Source: Leucoraja erinacea
Lineage: Eukaryota
Assembly (NCBI RefSeq): GCF_028641065.1
Contig: NC_073395.1
Location: 34,038,001 to 34,102,000, forward strand
Length of the DNA stretch: 64,000 nt
Direction: 5' to 3'
Shown here in pieces: positions 46,815 through 59,742 of the stretch. How positions within the stretch are numbered: the first letter of the stretch is position 1; every line of letters begins with the position of its first letter. The notes beneath the pieces were generated by a model. The model made no database searches. It worked only from the letters and a program-made list of their open reading frames with translations, and was not told the origin of the DNA. A program made the position numbers and the translations under genes.

Positions 46815-49540
46815 CATAGAAACATTGAAAATGGGTGCAGGAGGAGACCATTCGGCCCTTCGAGCCAGCACCGCCATTCATTGTGATCATGGATGATCGT
46901 CCGCTATCAATAACCTGTGCCTGCATTCTCCCCATATCCCTTGACTCCACTAGCCCCTAGAGCTCTATCTAACTATCTCTTAAATGCATCCAGTGATTTG
47001 GCCTCCACTACCCTCTGTGGCAGGGAATTCCATAAATTCACAACTCCCTGGGTGAAAAAGCTTTTTCCCACCTCAGTCTTAAATGACCTTCCTCTTTATT
47101 CTAAGACTGTGGGCCCAGGACTCACCCAACATTGGGGACATTTTTCCTGCATCTAGCTTGTTCAGTCCTTTTATAACTTTATATGCTTCTATAAGATACC
47201 CCCTCATCCTTCTAAACTCCAGTGAATACAAGCCTAGTCTTTTCAATCTTTCTTCATATGACAGTCCTGCCATCCCAGGGATCAATCTCGTGAACCACCG
47301 CTGCACTGCCTCAATCACAAATTCTTCAAATTAGACCAAAACTGTACACAATACTCCAAATGTGGTCTCACCAGAACCCTATATAACTGCAGAAAAACCT
47401 CTTTGCCCCTATACTGAAATCCTCTTGTTATGAAGGCCAACATTCCATTAACTTTCTTCACTGCCTGCTGTACCTGTAAGCCAACTTTCCGTGTGTACAA
47501 GAACACCCAGGTCTCGCTGTACTTCCCCCTTACCTAACCTAACCCCATTGAGATAATGATCTGTCCCCTTGTTTTTGTCGCCAAAGTGGATAACCTCACA
47601 TTTATCTATATTATACTGCATCTGCCACGCATCTGCTCACTCATTCAACCTGTCTAGGTCACACTTCAACCTCCTAACATCCTTATCATAGTTCACACTG
47701 CCACTCAGCTTTGTGTCATCCGCAAACTTGCTAGTGTTGCTCCTAATTCCCTCTTCCAAATCATTAATATATTTGGTAAACAGTTGCGGCACCAACACCG
47801 AGCCTTGCCATGAGCCTTTCATAAATCCATGTTGACTTGGACTAATCATTTTACTGCTATCCAAATGCCCCATTATTACCTCTTTAATAATTGACTCCAG
47901 CATCTTTCCCACCACCGAAGTCAGGCTAATTGGTCTGTTAATCCCCGTTTTCTCTCGCTCCTTTCTTGAAAAGTGGGATAACATTAGCTATCCTCCAATC
48001 CACAGGAACTGATCCTGAATCTATTGAACATTGGAAAATGATCACCAATGCGTCCACTATTTCTAGAGCCACCTCCCTGAGGACCCTGGGATACAGACCA
48101 TCAGGCCCAGGGGATTTATCATCCTTCAGTCCCATTAGCCTACCCAATACTATTTCTCGCCTAATGAAAATTTCTTTCAGTTCCTCTACCCCCTTAGATC
48201 CTCTGTCCTCCAGTACATCTGGGAGATTGTTTGTGTCTTCCTTAGTGAAGACAGATCCAAAGTACCTATTCAACTCTTCTGCCATTTCCTTGTTGCCCAT
48301 AATAATTTCTCCCATTTCTGCCTTAAAGGGACCCACATTTGACTTTGCTACTCTTTTTCCCTTAACATATCTAAAGATGCTTTTACTGTCCTTCTTTATG
48401 TTCGTGGCCAGCTTCCCTTCGTACTTCATCTTTTCAGCCCGTATTGCCCGTTTTGTTTCCTTCTGTTGTCCGATGAAAGTTTCCCAATCGTCTGGCTTCC
48501 AGCTACTCTTTGCTGTGTTATACATCTTTTCTTTTAGTTTTATTCTATCCCTAACTTCTCTTGTAATTCCTGCTAGGATCCCTTTCCAGTCTACCTTGGC
48601 CAGCTCCCCTCTCATGCCTTCATAGTCCCCTATGTTCAACTGCATCACTGCCACTTCCGATTTAACTTTCTCCTTCTCAAATTGCAGATTAAAACGAATC
48701 ATATTATGATCATTACCTCCAATCGGTTCCTTTACCTCGAGATCTCTTATCATATCTGGTTCATTGGACAACACTAAATCCAGAATTGCCTTTTCTCTGG
48801 TTGGCTCCATTACAAGCTGCTCTAAGAATCCATCTCGGAGGCATTCTACAAACTCTCTATCTTGGGGTCCTGAACCAACCTGATTTTCCCAGTCTGCCTG
48901 CATATTGAAATCCCCCATCACCACAGTGGCATTACCTTTGTTACATGCCAGTTTTAACTCCTGCTGCAACTTACACCCTACATCCGGGCTACTATTTGGG
49001 GGTCTGTAAATAACACCAATTAGTGTCTTCTTGCCTTTACAATTCCTCAACTCAATCCACAGTGAATCTATCTCGTCAGTCCCTATGTCTTCCCTCGTAA
49101 GGGACTGAATTCCATCCGTCACCAGCAGAGCTACCCCCCCTCCTCTGCCCACCTGCCTGTCCTTTCTATAGGATGTATAATCCTGAATATTTAGTTCCCA
49201 GGCCCGTTCCTCCTGCAGCCACGTCTCAGTAATCCCCACAGTCATATCTACCAACTTGTAACTGAGCCTCAAGCTTATCCACTTTACTTCTTATACTTCG
49301 CATTCATATACAATACTTTTAATTCCTTACGCATCTCACCTTTCACATAGATCCCTATTACACTTGGCCATACTCTCTTATCCCTTTGTGAGTTTCCTTT
49401 CACGTTAATTCTGGGGGGTCATTAACCATCCCTTTACTCTCTCTCCCTTTAACTCCGTCCTCGACTATCCCATTTGACACCCAACTCCCCTTATTCAGTT
49501 TAAAACCACCCGTGTAGCAGTGGCAAACCTGCCTGCCAGA
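46815..49540 (-). mobile_element. CR1 LINE, near-full ORF2 with internal deletions
   Basis: 444-aa EN/linker ORF 47938-49272, RT remnants and 3' UTR. Confidence 0.94.
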
Positions 49541-50479
49541 ATTAATGCATGAAAGATGTATATTGTGTATATTGTAAAAAAAAAAAAAGTGCAGATCCAC
49601 AGCAGGAAAAATGGCTCAATCGTGGCTAATGGCAGAAGGTAAAAGTTGTATCAAAATAGATGTCCAGCTGAATGTTGTCATAAAGAACAGTATGGCCAAA
49701 GATTGGGACATTTAAGAATTCAGTGTAAGACATTGATATAGAACGAGAAAGTGGCCCCCTTCATGAAGGACGGATATATTTGCAATGGAATAGTGTGGTG
49801 AAGGTTTGTAGTAGTAATACTTGTGAGGTGGGAATTATTATATGAGGAGGCATTGAGGTGACTGGGCTAGGCCTATAGTGCATAGTTTAGAAGATTATGA
49901 TGCGTGGGCCCCACAGTGACAGAGGGTTGTGGAGGATAGGTGTTATTCTTTTTTTCTTCTTTTTAAAAAGAAATTTAGCTATAGAAAGAATTTACGCTTG
50001 CAAATGGTACTAAAATTGATGGTGTTGCAAACTGTAGAGAAGGCTCTCACTATACAGCGGGATAGAGATCAGCTACAGAAATGGTGGATGCAGTTTAATT
50101 CAGCCGTGAGGCGTTGGTTTCAGGCGGTCGAATATAAGGGGAAAGTATACCGTTAATGGCAAGACCCTTAACAACATTGAAGTACAGAAGGATCTTGGGA
50201 TTCATGTCCATAGCTCCCTGAAAGTGGCACCACAAATAGAAAGCATGATGAAGAAGATGTATAGTATGCTTTCCTTTATTGGTAAAGGGCATTGAGTATC
50301 AGAGTCAGGAACTCATGTTGCTGGTGTATAGTACTTCAGGAAGCAGGTAGAGGCTTTGTAGAGAAGAGCTTAATCAGAATGCTCAAATCCTCCATCTCTG
50401 CTGCATTTGGTCCCAAGGTGAGGCTTTCCATTCTACGACATCCAAGATGTCCTCTTTCTTTCATATTCTTTGCGTTTGA

Positions 50480-51040
50480 TCCATCATGGCCCGTTGCTAA
50501 CTATTTTAACTCCCCTTCACCTTCCCATTCCCATACTGACCTTTCTGTTCCAGGCCCCCTTCATTGCCAATGTGAGGCCACACACAAACTGGAGGTACAC
50601 TGATATGAACATTGACCTCCAATTTTAGGTGACCTCTAACAACCCCCTCCCCTTTATGCCCAACACCCCCTGTCTCCTCTCCACCTGGACTTACACCTAT
50701 TTCTGCCCTCCTCCCACCCCTCGCCTCCACCTGCATTCCTTCCTCTGACTTCACAATTCTCAACACTTAAATCATTTTGTCCAACCATGTGCCTATCAGA
50801 ACCCTCACCTATTATCTGCCATGCTTTGTCCTATCGCTTCTAGTTTTCTTCCCCTCCCCTCCCCTCCCCCCTCCCCTCCCCCCCCCCCCCCCCCCCCCCC
50901 ACTACAATCAGTCTGAAGAATGTTCCCGACCCGAAACATGACCTATCCATGTTTTCCAGAGATGCTGCCTGACCCGCTGAATTATTCCTGCACGTTGTGT
51001 CTTTTTTTGTAAACCAGCATCTGCAGTTCCTTGTTTCTAC
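50480..51040 (+). mobile_element. Penelope-like 3' fragment with hammerhead-like core, nested in an old CR1
   Basis: PVANYFNSPS.SHTDLSV; ctgaagaa..cccgaaac at 50913-50937; CR1 remnants on both sides. Confidence 0.75.
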
Positions 51041-52028
51041 ATTATCAGAATGCTGCTTGGATTAAAGGGTATTTGCTATGAGGAGAGATTGGACAAACAT
51101 CGAGTGTTTTCTCTGGAGTGTCAGAGGTTGACAGGAGAACTGGCAGAAGCATATGAAATAATCAGCCATAGAAAGGGTGGACAGTTGGAAGCATTTTCCC
51201 CCATCGTACCCTCTACTCTTGAGGGTATAAGTTTAAGGTGAAAGGGGCAAAGTTTAAAGCAGTGCAGGTTACGTTTTTTTTATTCATACAGAGCATGGTG
51301 GGTGCCTGGAACTCGCTACCATGGAGGATGATGGAGACAGATATGATAGAGCATTTAAGAGGCTTTTAGATAGGCACATGGATATTAATCACTGGAAGGA
51401 CATGTATCACATGCATGTAGAGGAGATTAGTATAACTTGATATCGTGTTTGATAGGACATTGTGGGTTTAAGGGCCTGGTCCTGTGCTGTACTATTCTAA
51501 GTGAGATATCCCTGGCATGTCCATATGTAATAGCATTAAAATAAGGAGTTGGCCTTCAACCAAATTGTGAAGATTTATTTGGTATCGTAAACCTTTGAAA
51601 TTTTATACCCAAGAATGCTGCGATTACTTAATTGCAGGATATATTCCAAAATTTGACAGCATTTTGGTGTCAAGGAATATGGGATTAGTAACTGCCTTAA
51701 GTTTTACATGTATAGAGTTCCTACCACCTCTTACCACTCACATGGTTCTATTCTGATTATGAGAATTTGGGTGTTACTGCATTTTTTTTCAAGTTTGCAT
51801 CACATATAAATCACATAGTACCTTGTCATCACCCTGTATATTATCATGACAGCATCTGTGTTGTGCTTAAAAACAAAAGTTCTCTGGTGTCGTACTTTAT
51901 GCTGTCAATGGTGATCCTGATGCAGCAATATCTTACTAAGATATGTTGTGCACTATTGTTACATTATTCTGTTCAAAATGGGAAACACTATACTGATTAA
52001 AGTCGTACAAATTTAATTTGTTTTTCAG

Positions 52029-52198
52029 AGATCATAAAAAAAGGCTTGATTTCCGGGTTGGTGACAAAGTGTGCTGCACTAGGAATGCTTATGTCGAGGA
52101 TTTTACTGAAATGTCAAAAACAGAGTCTGAGACTGATTCAAAGGGGATGAAGGAAAACTATCGCTTATGTAATGGAGAAATCTTTTTTTATCACGGAG
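52029..52198 (+). CDS. HELB: HELB exon 10, containing a +1 frameshift
   Basis: FRVGDKVCCTRNAY...RLCNGEIFF. The T7 run at 52183-52189 shifts the expected IFFITE| out of phase with exon 11. Confidence 0.93.
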
Positions 52199-54527
52199 GT
52201 AAAACTTTGATCTTTTTGTAAAAAATAAAAGGTATCTTAACATCAACATTCTTTATTGGAACAAAGTCAAATGCCTAAAATAACCATATAACATATAACA
52301 ATTACAGCACGGAAACAGGCCATCTCGGCGCTACAAGTCCGTGCCGAACAATTATTTTCCCTTAGTCCCACCTGCCTGCACTCATACCATAACCCTCCAT
52401 TCCCTTCTCATCCATATGCCTATCTAATTTATTTTTAAATGATACCAACGAACCCGCCTCCACCACTTCCACTGGAAGCTCATTTCACACCGCTACCACT
52501 CTCTGAGTAAAGAAGTTCCCCCTCATGTTACCCCTAAACATCTGTCCCTTAATTCTGAAGTCGTGTCCTCTTGTTTGAGATGAATTGGAATCAAACATTC
52601 CCTTTGGTGTGTAGACTTAACTACTTGAAATTATACTTACAATTAGTCAGATCTGAATTATCAACATGTTCTAAATTAACAGTACTTACTGCATATCCTC
52701 AGTTGCCCTTGCTGGGCTATTCCCATAATTATATGAACTCTTGCAACAGTAAACTTTCAAGTGAGTGCTGGAAGCTCTAGGATTTTGTCATTTTTTTCAT
52801 TCTTTTTTAGTAAAAAATATGGCATCTGCTCTCAATGTGGAGGATAGCCCAGGTGTCTCTTTTTCACAAACTGCGAAATAAATCCAATCTGACTCATTAC
52901 AGCTTCATCAGTCAACTCTTTATCGGCAGCATTGACAATACTATTGAGTCGCACTATACTGAGCCCTGCACCTGATCATTAATGCACAGTTTAGGTTTTA
53001 GTGCTTATCATGTCCATGGTTCAAACAATTGAATTCCAGAAGTGAGAGTGAGTCCCCTTGATAGCAGCACTCTCACTCAACTTGCACTAAGTTGCACTCA
53101 ACTTATTTAATTGAGTGCAGCATCAAGAAGACATATGGACTTCAACAGAAAAACACTCCGCTGCTTGGAGTCACATGTGGCACAAAGGAAGATGGTTGTG
53201 ATTTTCGTAGACAATGCAAGAGTTTCTCATGCCCTGCACACAAGAATTGTCAACTATTTCATAAATTATCTTATTTTCATCATAAAACCAGATATAGGGA
53301 CATTCACATGACGTTCAATTACATTCTAAATTGAGCAGAGGGTGAAACAGTGTACGCCGAGTTCAGCAAGATCTAAACAACATTCAGGCATGGTGTGATA
53401 AATGAGGAAAATAACATTCATGCCATGAGTGAGAAAGTTCAAAGATTTAAAAGTTACAAAATGGATTCAGCTGTAGAATTAGCAATAAAGAAATGCCTTC
53501 ACCTTTCTTCTATTACACTAGCAAGGCTAACAAAGATGTTTTCGCCATTCTTCCTAACACGAGCGAGATAACAGCACAACTTCATGGGTGTTTTCCTTTA
53601 TTTATAAACATCAGAAGAATGTTCAGACAACGGTTCTTTCCCTCTGCTCTACTGATTACAATGTCCAAACAATCAATAAACAAGGTCAAAAAATCAAATG
53701 CTTGATCTGCAGAAAAATAGCTTCTGTAGCATAACCATATATGGGCTAACCTTTCCTCTCTCGGAAGAACCTGTCAATCTTAACAAGCAAGAGGCTGTAC
53801 AATGCTCTGTAGATAAAATATTGCTGAATCTCTGATTATTGGGTTATAAATATATCTGATTGAACATTACCAATTTGTGTGGGGATAGAGTGACACTGTA
53901 TAGTCTGTATCTACATACTGTCAGAGTGACAGACACACGTGCCTGGCAAAATAAAGAAGTTACTATTTAATTACTAATTTCATTGCGTTTGTGTTTGTTT
54001 AAAATGAAACAAACTTTAACATGAGTAGCAGGCAATGATCACCTCCAACAAAACATTATCTAACCACTTATCCTAAAAATTCAATATCATTACCATCATT
54101 CAGTTCTCTACCACCGTACTCTAGGAGAGGGTCATGATTGATCAGAAACTCAACTGATGCAGCTAGTTATATGCAGTGACTATGAAAGCTTGTGGGAAAC
54201 TTGGTTTCCTGCTGTGAATGGCTCATTTCTCAACACTTAGAAGCCTTGCAATGATCTACAAGGCACATCTCCTGCCTGGATGAGTGCAGATCTATAATGA
54301 TACAAGCAGGTATCGAGGATTTGGATCAATGATGAAGTAACATTTCAAGTGTACAAAGAAACTAAATTTATTAAAGTATAGTGAATTGAACTAAAAGAAT
54401 TAGTAAAAGATTAAATGTCACATGCCGCTGTCTGTGTGCTCCATGGGTCCTCGCCAATATGAGCGGCGTCTGGTAGCAACACGTCGTATGCCTTTCTTCT
54501 GTACGCTGGAGGCTTTTTAACAGCGGC

Positions 54528-54612
54528 CTGAAGAGGGTTCTAACCTGAAACGTCACCTATCCATGCCTTTCTGATTTCCTGCCTGACCTGCTGAGTTACA
54601 TCAGCACTTTGA
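54528..54612 (+). ncRNA. Hammerhead-like core in a Penelope-derived repeat
   Basis: CUGAAGA-GGGU(UCUA)ACCU-GAAA-CG-UC at 54528-54554; no convincing helix I. Confidence 0.45.
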
Positions 54613-55490
54613 TTTTAAATTAAATGGTTCTTTGGATTTTGACAACATTGCCTTAGCATATTGCCATAAAAATGTCTTTTGTGAAGAAATAATTGACCAA
54701 TGCTAGATTTACCATTCATTAATTTGAGTTCTGTCTCACAAAACAGTCCCCTTTTCCCCAACTTGTCCATGCTGACCAAGATCTGTGCTAACCCCATTGC
54801 CTGTGTTTGTCCCAAATCCCTCTAAAGCTGTTCTATCCATTCCAAGAGGGTTTAAAAAAATGCTGTTGTTGTATCAACCTCTATCCCTGCCTCCTTCTTC
54901 TTCATCTTTCGCATGGACGTCGAGTTGATTGCATTAGTCGAAACAGGGCGGACCACGTGAAGGTTGCAATCTTCCACCCTACCTGCCTCTAACAGCTTGT
55001 TTCATTTACACAGCACTCTCCATATAAAACCATGCCCCTCAATTTGGCCTTAAATCTTTTCCCTCTCACCTTAAAACTCTGCCCATCAGTTTTAGACTCC
55101 TGGGTGGACTGTGACTATTTACTCTATTGATGCCCCTCTAAATTTTATAATTATCTGTGAGGTCATCTCTCGGCATCCTTTTGCACTAGGAAACCAGTCC
55201 TAGCTATGGGGTGTTTCCTTAAAACTCAAGCCCTCCAATCCAGGCAACATACCTGTGAATCTTTTCTGCACCCTCTATAGCTGTATCTTATTATTTCTGT
55301 GGCGATCAGATGTGTACAATACTCCAAGTGTGGACTCACTAATGTTTCATACAATTGTAACATGATGTCCGGACTCCGATAGTCAATCCCATGTGGATGA
55401 AGACAAGCATACGGTACGCCACCTTCACCAAATATTTTTGTGCTTGTGTGGATTGAAGGTCTTGTAAAGCTTTTTTTGTTTGGCTTGCAG

Positions 55491-55637
55491 GATAAAATTA
55501 TACGAACCAATACATCTACTACACGTTACTTGTTACTGGATGACAAGGAAAATAAGCAGATTTTGGTGAATTTTGAAGAATTAAGGAAGAAATGCAAGTT
55601 GGCACATGCATGGGCCAGAACAATACACACCTTTCAG
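55491..55637 (+). CDS. HELB: HELB exon 11 (motif V)
   Basis: CKLAHAWARTIHTFQ; phase 0-0. Confidence 0.96.
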
Positions 55638-55735
55638 GTATGAGACGTAGTACTGAATAACTTAATAAATGAAATTGAACAATGAACTGCACGTAGCCTC
55701 TGAAGAGTTGTATGGAACCGATTGGCTATTGAAGG

Positions 55736-57476
55736 TGTAGCGGCACCAAACGTTGTCAGGAAAAGGCCAGACGTAAGGCAGGTTCAAACAGTAGTTTTAT
55801 TCAGGTGTTACATGTTTGTTTGGTCCGCTAACGTAATTCAATTTTGTCATTGCTGCTGTAGCTGAGCGAGGGGGTTCCCTCAAGCTCAGCTACCTGTTGA
55901 CTGGGGTGATCTCAAGGTGAGATAAGCTTATGTAGCAGGACACTACCCCTAACCCATGATGTCACGTGCCAGCCTGCGTAGCTACTGACGAGGGTTCGAC
56001 CATCAGTGGTCTGTGTATCAGCTGACGTCACAGGACCCCCCCCCCCCCGCCCGCCGGAACTAAAAGGAGGAATAGAATGGTCGAGGGCGGCTCCTGCATG
56101 TGAGTCGGGGACACCCCGGGCGTGGGTCGGGATGGAGGCCCACGGGTTCAGTCGACGCTCCAGCTGTGGGCGATCCCGAGGTATGCCGAGGGGTGCGAGG
56201 AGACCGATGCAAAAGCCACCGGACGGCAGATACACAGTCGCATCTCCTCGACCACCAAAGGGATCGTGTCCTGAGAAATACGGCCCCCAGCAATGGCTGG
56301 GAAACGTCGGCAACAATGAAGAAAAAACAAAGTGAAAAGAAACAAAACAAACTAAAGTGAGCAATCACGTGCAAAATGGTAGGTAAGTTCAAATTGTCCA
56401 GTGTCCATGGTGCAGGATGGGAAGCTGTGCTGGAAAACCAAAGGTTGAAGTGACATCCTCCGACCTGAATGAGGCGCTGTTGCCGGTGGTCAGGCTGCAG
56501 GGACGGCATCCTGCAGGATGGTGGCGCTGTGGACAGCGATCAGGGAAGGTCGAGCATCTCTTCCGGCCGGCCGCGGCAGCCATTTTTGTAGTCGGGCAGC
56601 CACTTGTTTAAGGAGGCCACTTGTTTCAGGAGGCCATTTTGCCGACCGGCTGAGGCGGCCTTCAACAGCGATTCAATACCCTGTTGCTGGGCCGGACACG
56701 CAGCCAGTGCCATCTCTGGGGTCCGCGCAGGTGAGGAGCAGAAGGGAGTCTTCGGCAGTCGCCCCAGGTAAGCCCGCCCTATTGGGTGGCTAGGCCCTGG
56801 GCAGCAGCCGGCGGGGAAATGGGCGGGCCCACTCTCTCCTCGCTCCGGGGGCGGTCAGGCGTGCGTCAGTGATGCTGGGGGCAGAAGATTGCTACACTCG
56901 CAGCTCCTGTAACGGCTGGTGGGGAAGCGGCGGCAGCCACAACCTCTCTGCTCCGATGGTCGGATCCACGCAGATCATGTGGGAGAGCTTGGCGGCCGTA
57001 ACACAAGGACTGTCACTGGACCGCGCCACTTGACCTAGGCGGCCTGCGGCATACCTCACTGTAGGGCCGGGTTGGCGGCAGCGTCGTTCTGCAGGGCTGG
57101 GCAGTCGGCTTCAGACATCGGGTCTCCCAAGGCTGCGTGCATCGGGAGAAATCCAAATTTCCAATTTGGATAGTCGAGATCACCAATGTAGCGGCAACAA
57201 ACGTGGTCAGGAAAAGGCCAGACGTCAGGCAGGTTCAAACAGTAGTTTTATTCAGGTGTTACATGTAGGTTTGGTCCACTAACTTAATTGTCATTGCTGC
57301 TGTAGCAGAGCGAGGTTGTTCTCTTGAGCTCAGCTACCTGTTGACTGGGGTGATCTCAAGGTGAGATAAGCTAATGTAGCAGGGCACTCCCCCTAGCCCA
57401 TGACAACATGTGCCAGCCTTCGTAGCTACTGACGAGGGTTCGACCATCAGTGATCTGTGTATCAGCTGATGCCACA
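55736..57476 (-). mobile_element. Internally deleted Gypsy-like LTR retrotransposon
   Basis: TG...CA LTRs at 55736-56032 and 57187-57476, AAGG TSD, PBS TGGTGATCTCGAC, poly-G PPT, and a protease-like remnant FIVADVSQPLLGAVFL. Confidence 0.9.
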
Positions 57477-58082
57477 AAGGCTATGTTTTTGGATACTACT
57501 GTTTGGTCTAATAAGTGTACCTCATCGTTGCATAATGCACCTCCAGAGTACTACCTCATGCTGTGAATTGTTGGAAGATTACGTGTCGCATTAATGGTGA
57601 CGTTAATACAAAATTTTGCCATTGGGAAATGATGCGATTTCTCTATGGAATGCTGAGCAGAAAAAGCTAATGCAGTTCTAAGGATAATTTAACAATCAAA
57701 CATAATTTTCATTGAGGGAATTAAAATATACAATGATAGGAATTTGAGATAAAGAACAATTGCATGAAATGAGAATTGCATTTAATTTGTTTCTTTTTCT
57801 CTCTTGTTTCACAGAGCTGGTAGCTCCCTCTATTCCTCAGTGATCATTCATACATTGAGTGTAGGTTATCAAAGCTGGTGACATTTACAGTTGTGTTTAA
57901 TGGAGAGTGATCAGGAATGGAAGATTACCAGGTTACTATCCCAATTTTTTGAGGGTTCACATTAGTTACAGCCCGAGACTGACGCTTTGGCTGTGCTGCA
58001 CTAACTAAGCATAACTTGGGACCTTAAAGTCTGCCGAATGGGTTTGAAACACTAATGGAAATACAATCCTTTTCTACTTTAG

Positions 58083-58568
58083 GGCTCTGAAGCCGACACG
58101 GTTGTGTATGTTGTGGGACCGGCTGGAAGACAGAACTGGCAGCACATCTATACCGCAGTCACACGAGGGCGCAAACGTGTATATGTTGTTACATCCGAGG
58201 CTCATTTTATTAAAGCAATGAAAGCCCGAGTCACCCCGAGAAACACACGCCTGCGTGAATTCCTGCAGGAGAAACTAGCAAAACCAGGAGCTGCATCATG
58301 CTCTGAAGGATCACAGTTCCAGCAACAGGCAAGTTATTGCTGGTCTTCTAGTGTGGAGCTGGACAACAGAGAATGCAATGGAGCCTGCGTAAGGCCAGAT
58401 GAAGCAGTCAACTCCTTGCCTCATAGTGATGATACATCAACAAGAGAGAGTTTGGTGATGACTACTGATGAAACTGACTCTAAAACAATTGAAGCAAACT
58501 GGTCTCCTGGATGTAAGAGAAGTGATAATACTTCAGCTGGTGAGGGATCGACTGCAAAGTATTCAAAG
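58083..58568 (+). CDS. HELB: HELB exon 12 (motif VI)
   Basis: [35 protein letters not shown]...RNTRL; phase 0-0. Confidence 0.96.
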
Positions 58569-59407
58569 GTAAATAAATTAGCTGTTGGGTGGTCTAAATT
58601 ACTGAAGTATTAACACCAGATCATGTTAACATTTAGTAAGAAACAGCAGTTTGTTGTTCATCCATCACAACAGCACTGCTGATTGCAGCTTTTGGAGAAC
58701 ACAAGTTCATAGGAGTGTGGGTTCTGAGCTTATAACATCCCTGCTTTATATTCCAACTTCTGAGTAGCTGTCATTTATGTTGGTTGGTCCTTCAGAAACA
58801 ATGAGAATGATTTTTTTATCCTATTTAAAAACATCTATTTTTTGTGCCAATCGTGCCACGGGTTATTATTTTAAGGTTGCTTGCTGACCATAACTTTGCT
58901 AAAAACTCATTTCATGAACTTGTGAATGTGCTACCAGTGTTTTATTTTTCCGCCTATTTACATCAATATAACTGAAATGATTCTACATTGGCTACGGTTG
59001 CGCAAGACCTGACAAAATGTGTCATTCGTCTACCCTCCATTTCTATATCCCTTCTTGAATTGAACACCAATCTGCTGCTAAGTATTAATGGGTTAATTCT
59101 GTTTTCTCAGGACTTATTACTGCCATCGATGCCTTTCTAAATTGTGTTTGGTAACCTAAGAAAAAAATGTTCACTGACATATCCTAAAGAAAGTAGAACT
59201 TGAGGATTACTGAAATTCTTGATCTTTACTTCAGTGATACAAGCAACTATTGATTGGAGTTAATAAATGTAGCAAAGTAAATATCTGAGATTGTAATTGG
59301 TGTCCACTGAAAACGGTTGAAACATGACTAGATTTATTTTATGGCATGGTAATTAAAAAATGATAACTTCTTTAAATAAACCACATGTATGTTATTTTAC
59401 TTTGCAG

Positions 59408-59518
59408 ATATTAATGGAATCACCTCTGGGCTGTACAAAGTTTGAAATGACGGTACTTGATAACTCATCACCACCAGTAAATGCGGGTAAAAGGTTGTTT
59501 ACAGAAGAGAACAAATAA
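59408..59518 (+). CDS. HELB: HELB exon 13 (terminal)
   Basis: tttactttgcag acceptor; ILMESPLGCTKFEMTVL...KRLFTEENK*, resembling the SP..F...R/KxLF tail of HELB. Confidence 0.78.
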   Translation: MLMESPLGCTKFEMTVLDNSSPPVNAGKRLFTEENK

Positions 59519-59614
59519 GGCTGTAGATTTTACTCAAAAATGACAAGTTGGCAAATAGACTGCTATTGTGGAATTGCAGATATGTCTAGATGAAACTGAA
59601 AGGTATGTTTATTG

Positions 59615-59742
59615 AAACATAGAAAATAGGTGCAAGAGGAGGCCATTCGAGCCAGCACCGCTATTTATTGAGATCATGGCTGATCGTCCCCAATCAATAA
59701 CCCGTGCCTGCCTTTTCCCCATATCCCTTGATTCCACTAGCT
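59615..59742 (-). mobile_element. CR1 3' tip in the HELB 3' region
   Basis: Matches 26878-27020. Confidence 0.85.

Noticed and set aside
59111-59140. Alternative terminal HELB exon (DLLLPSMPF*)
   Set aside because: The acceptor looks plausible, but there is no similarity to HELB; 59408-59518 fits better.
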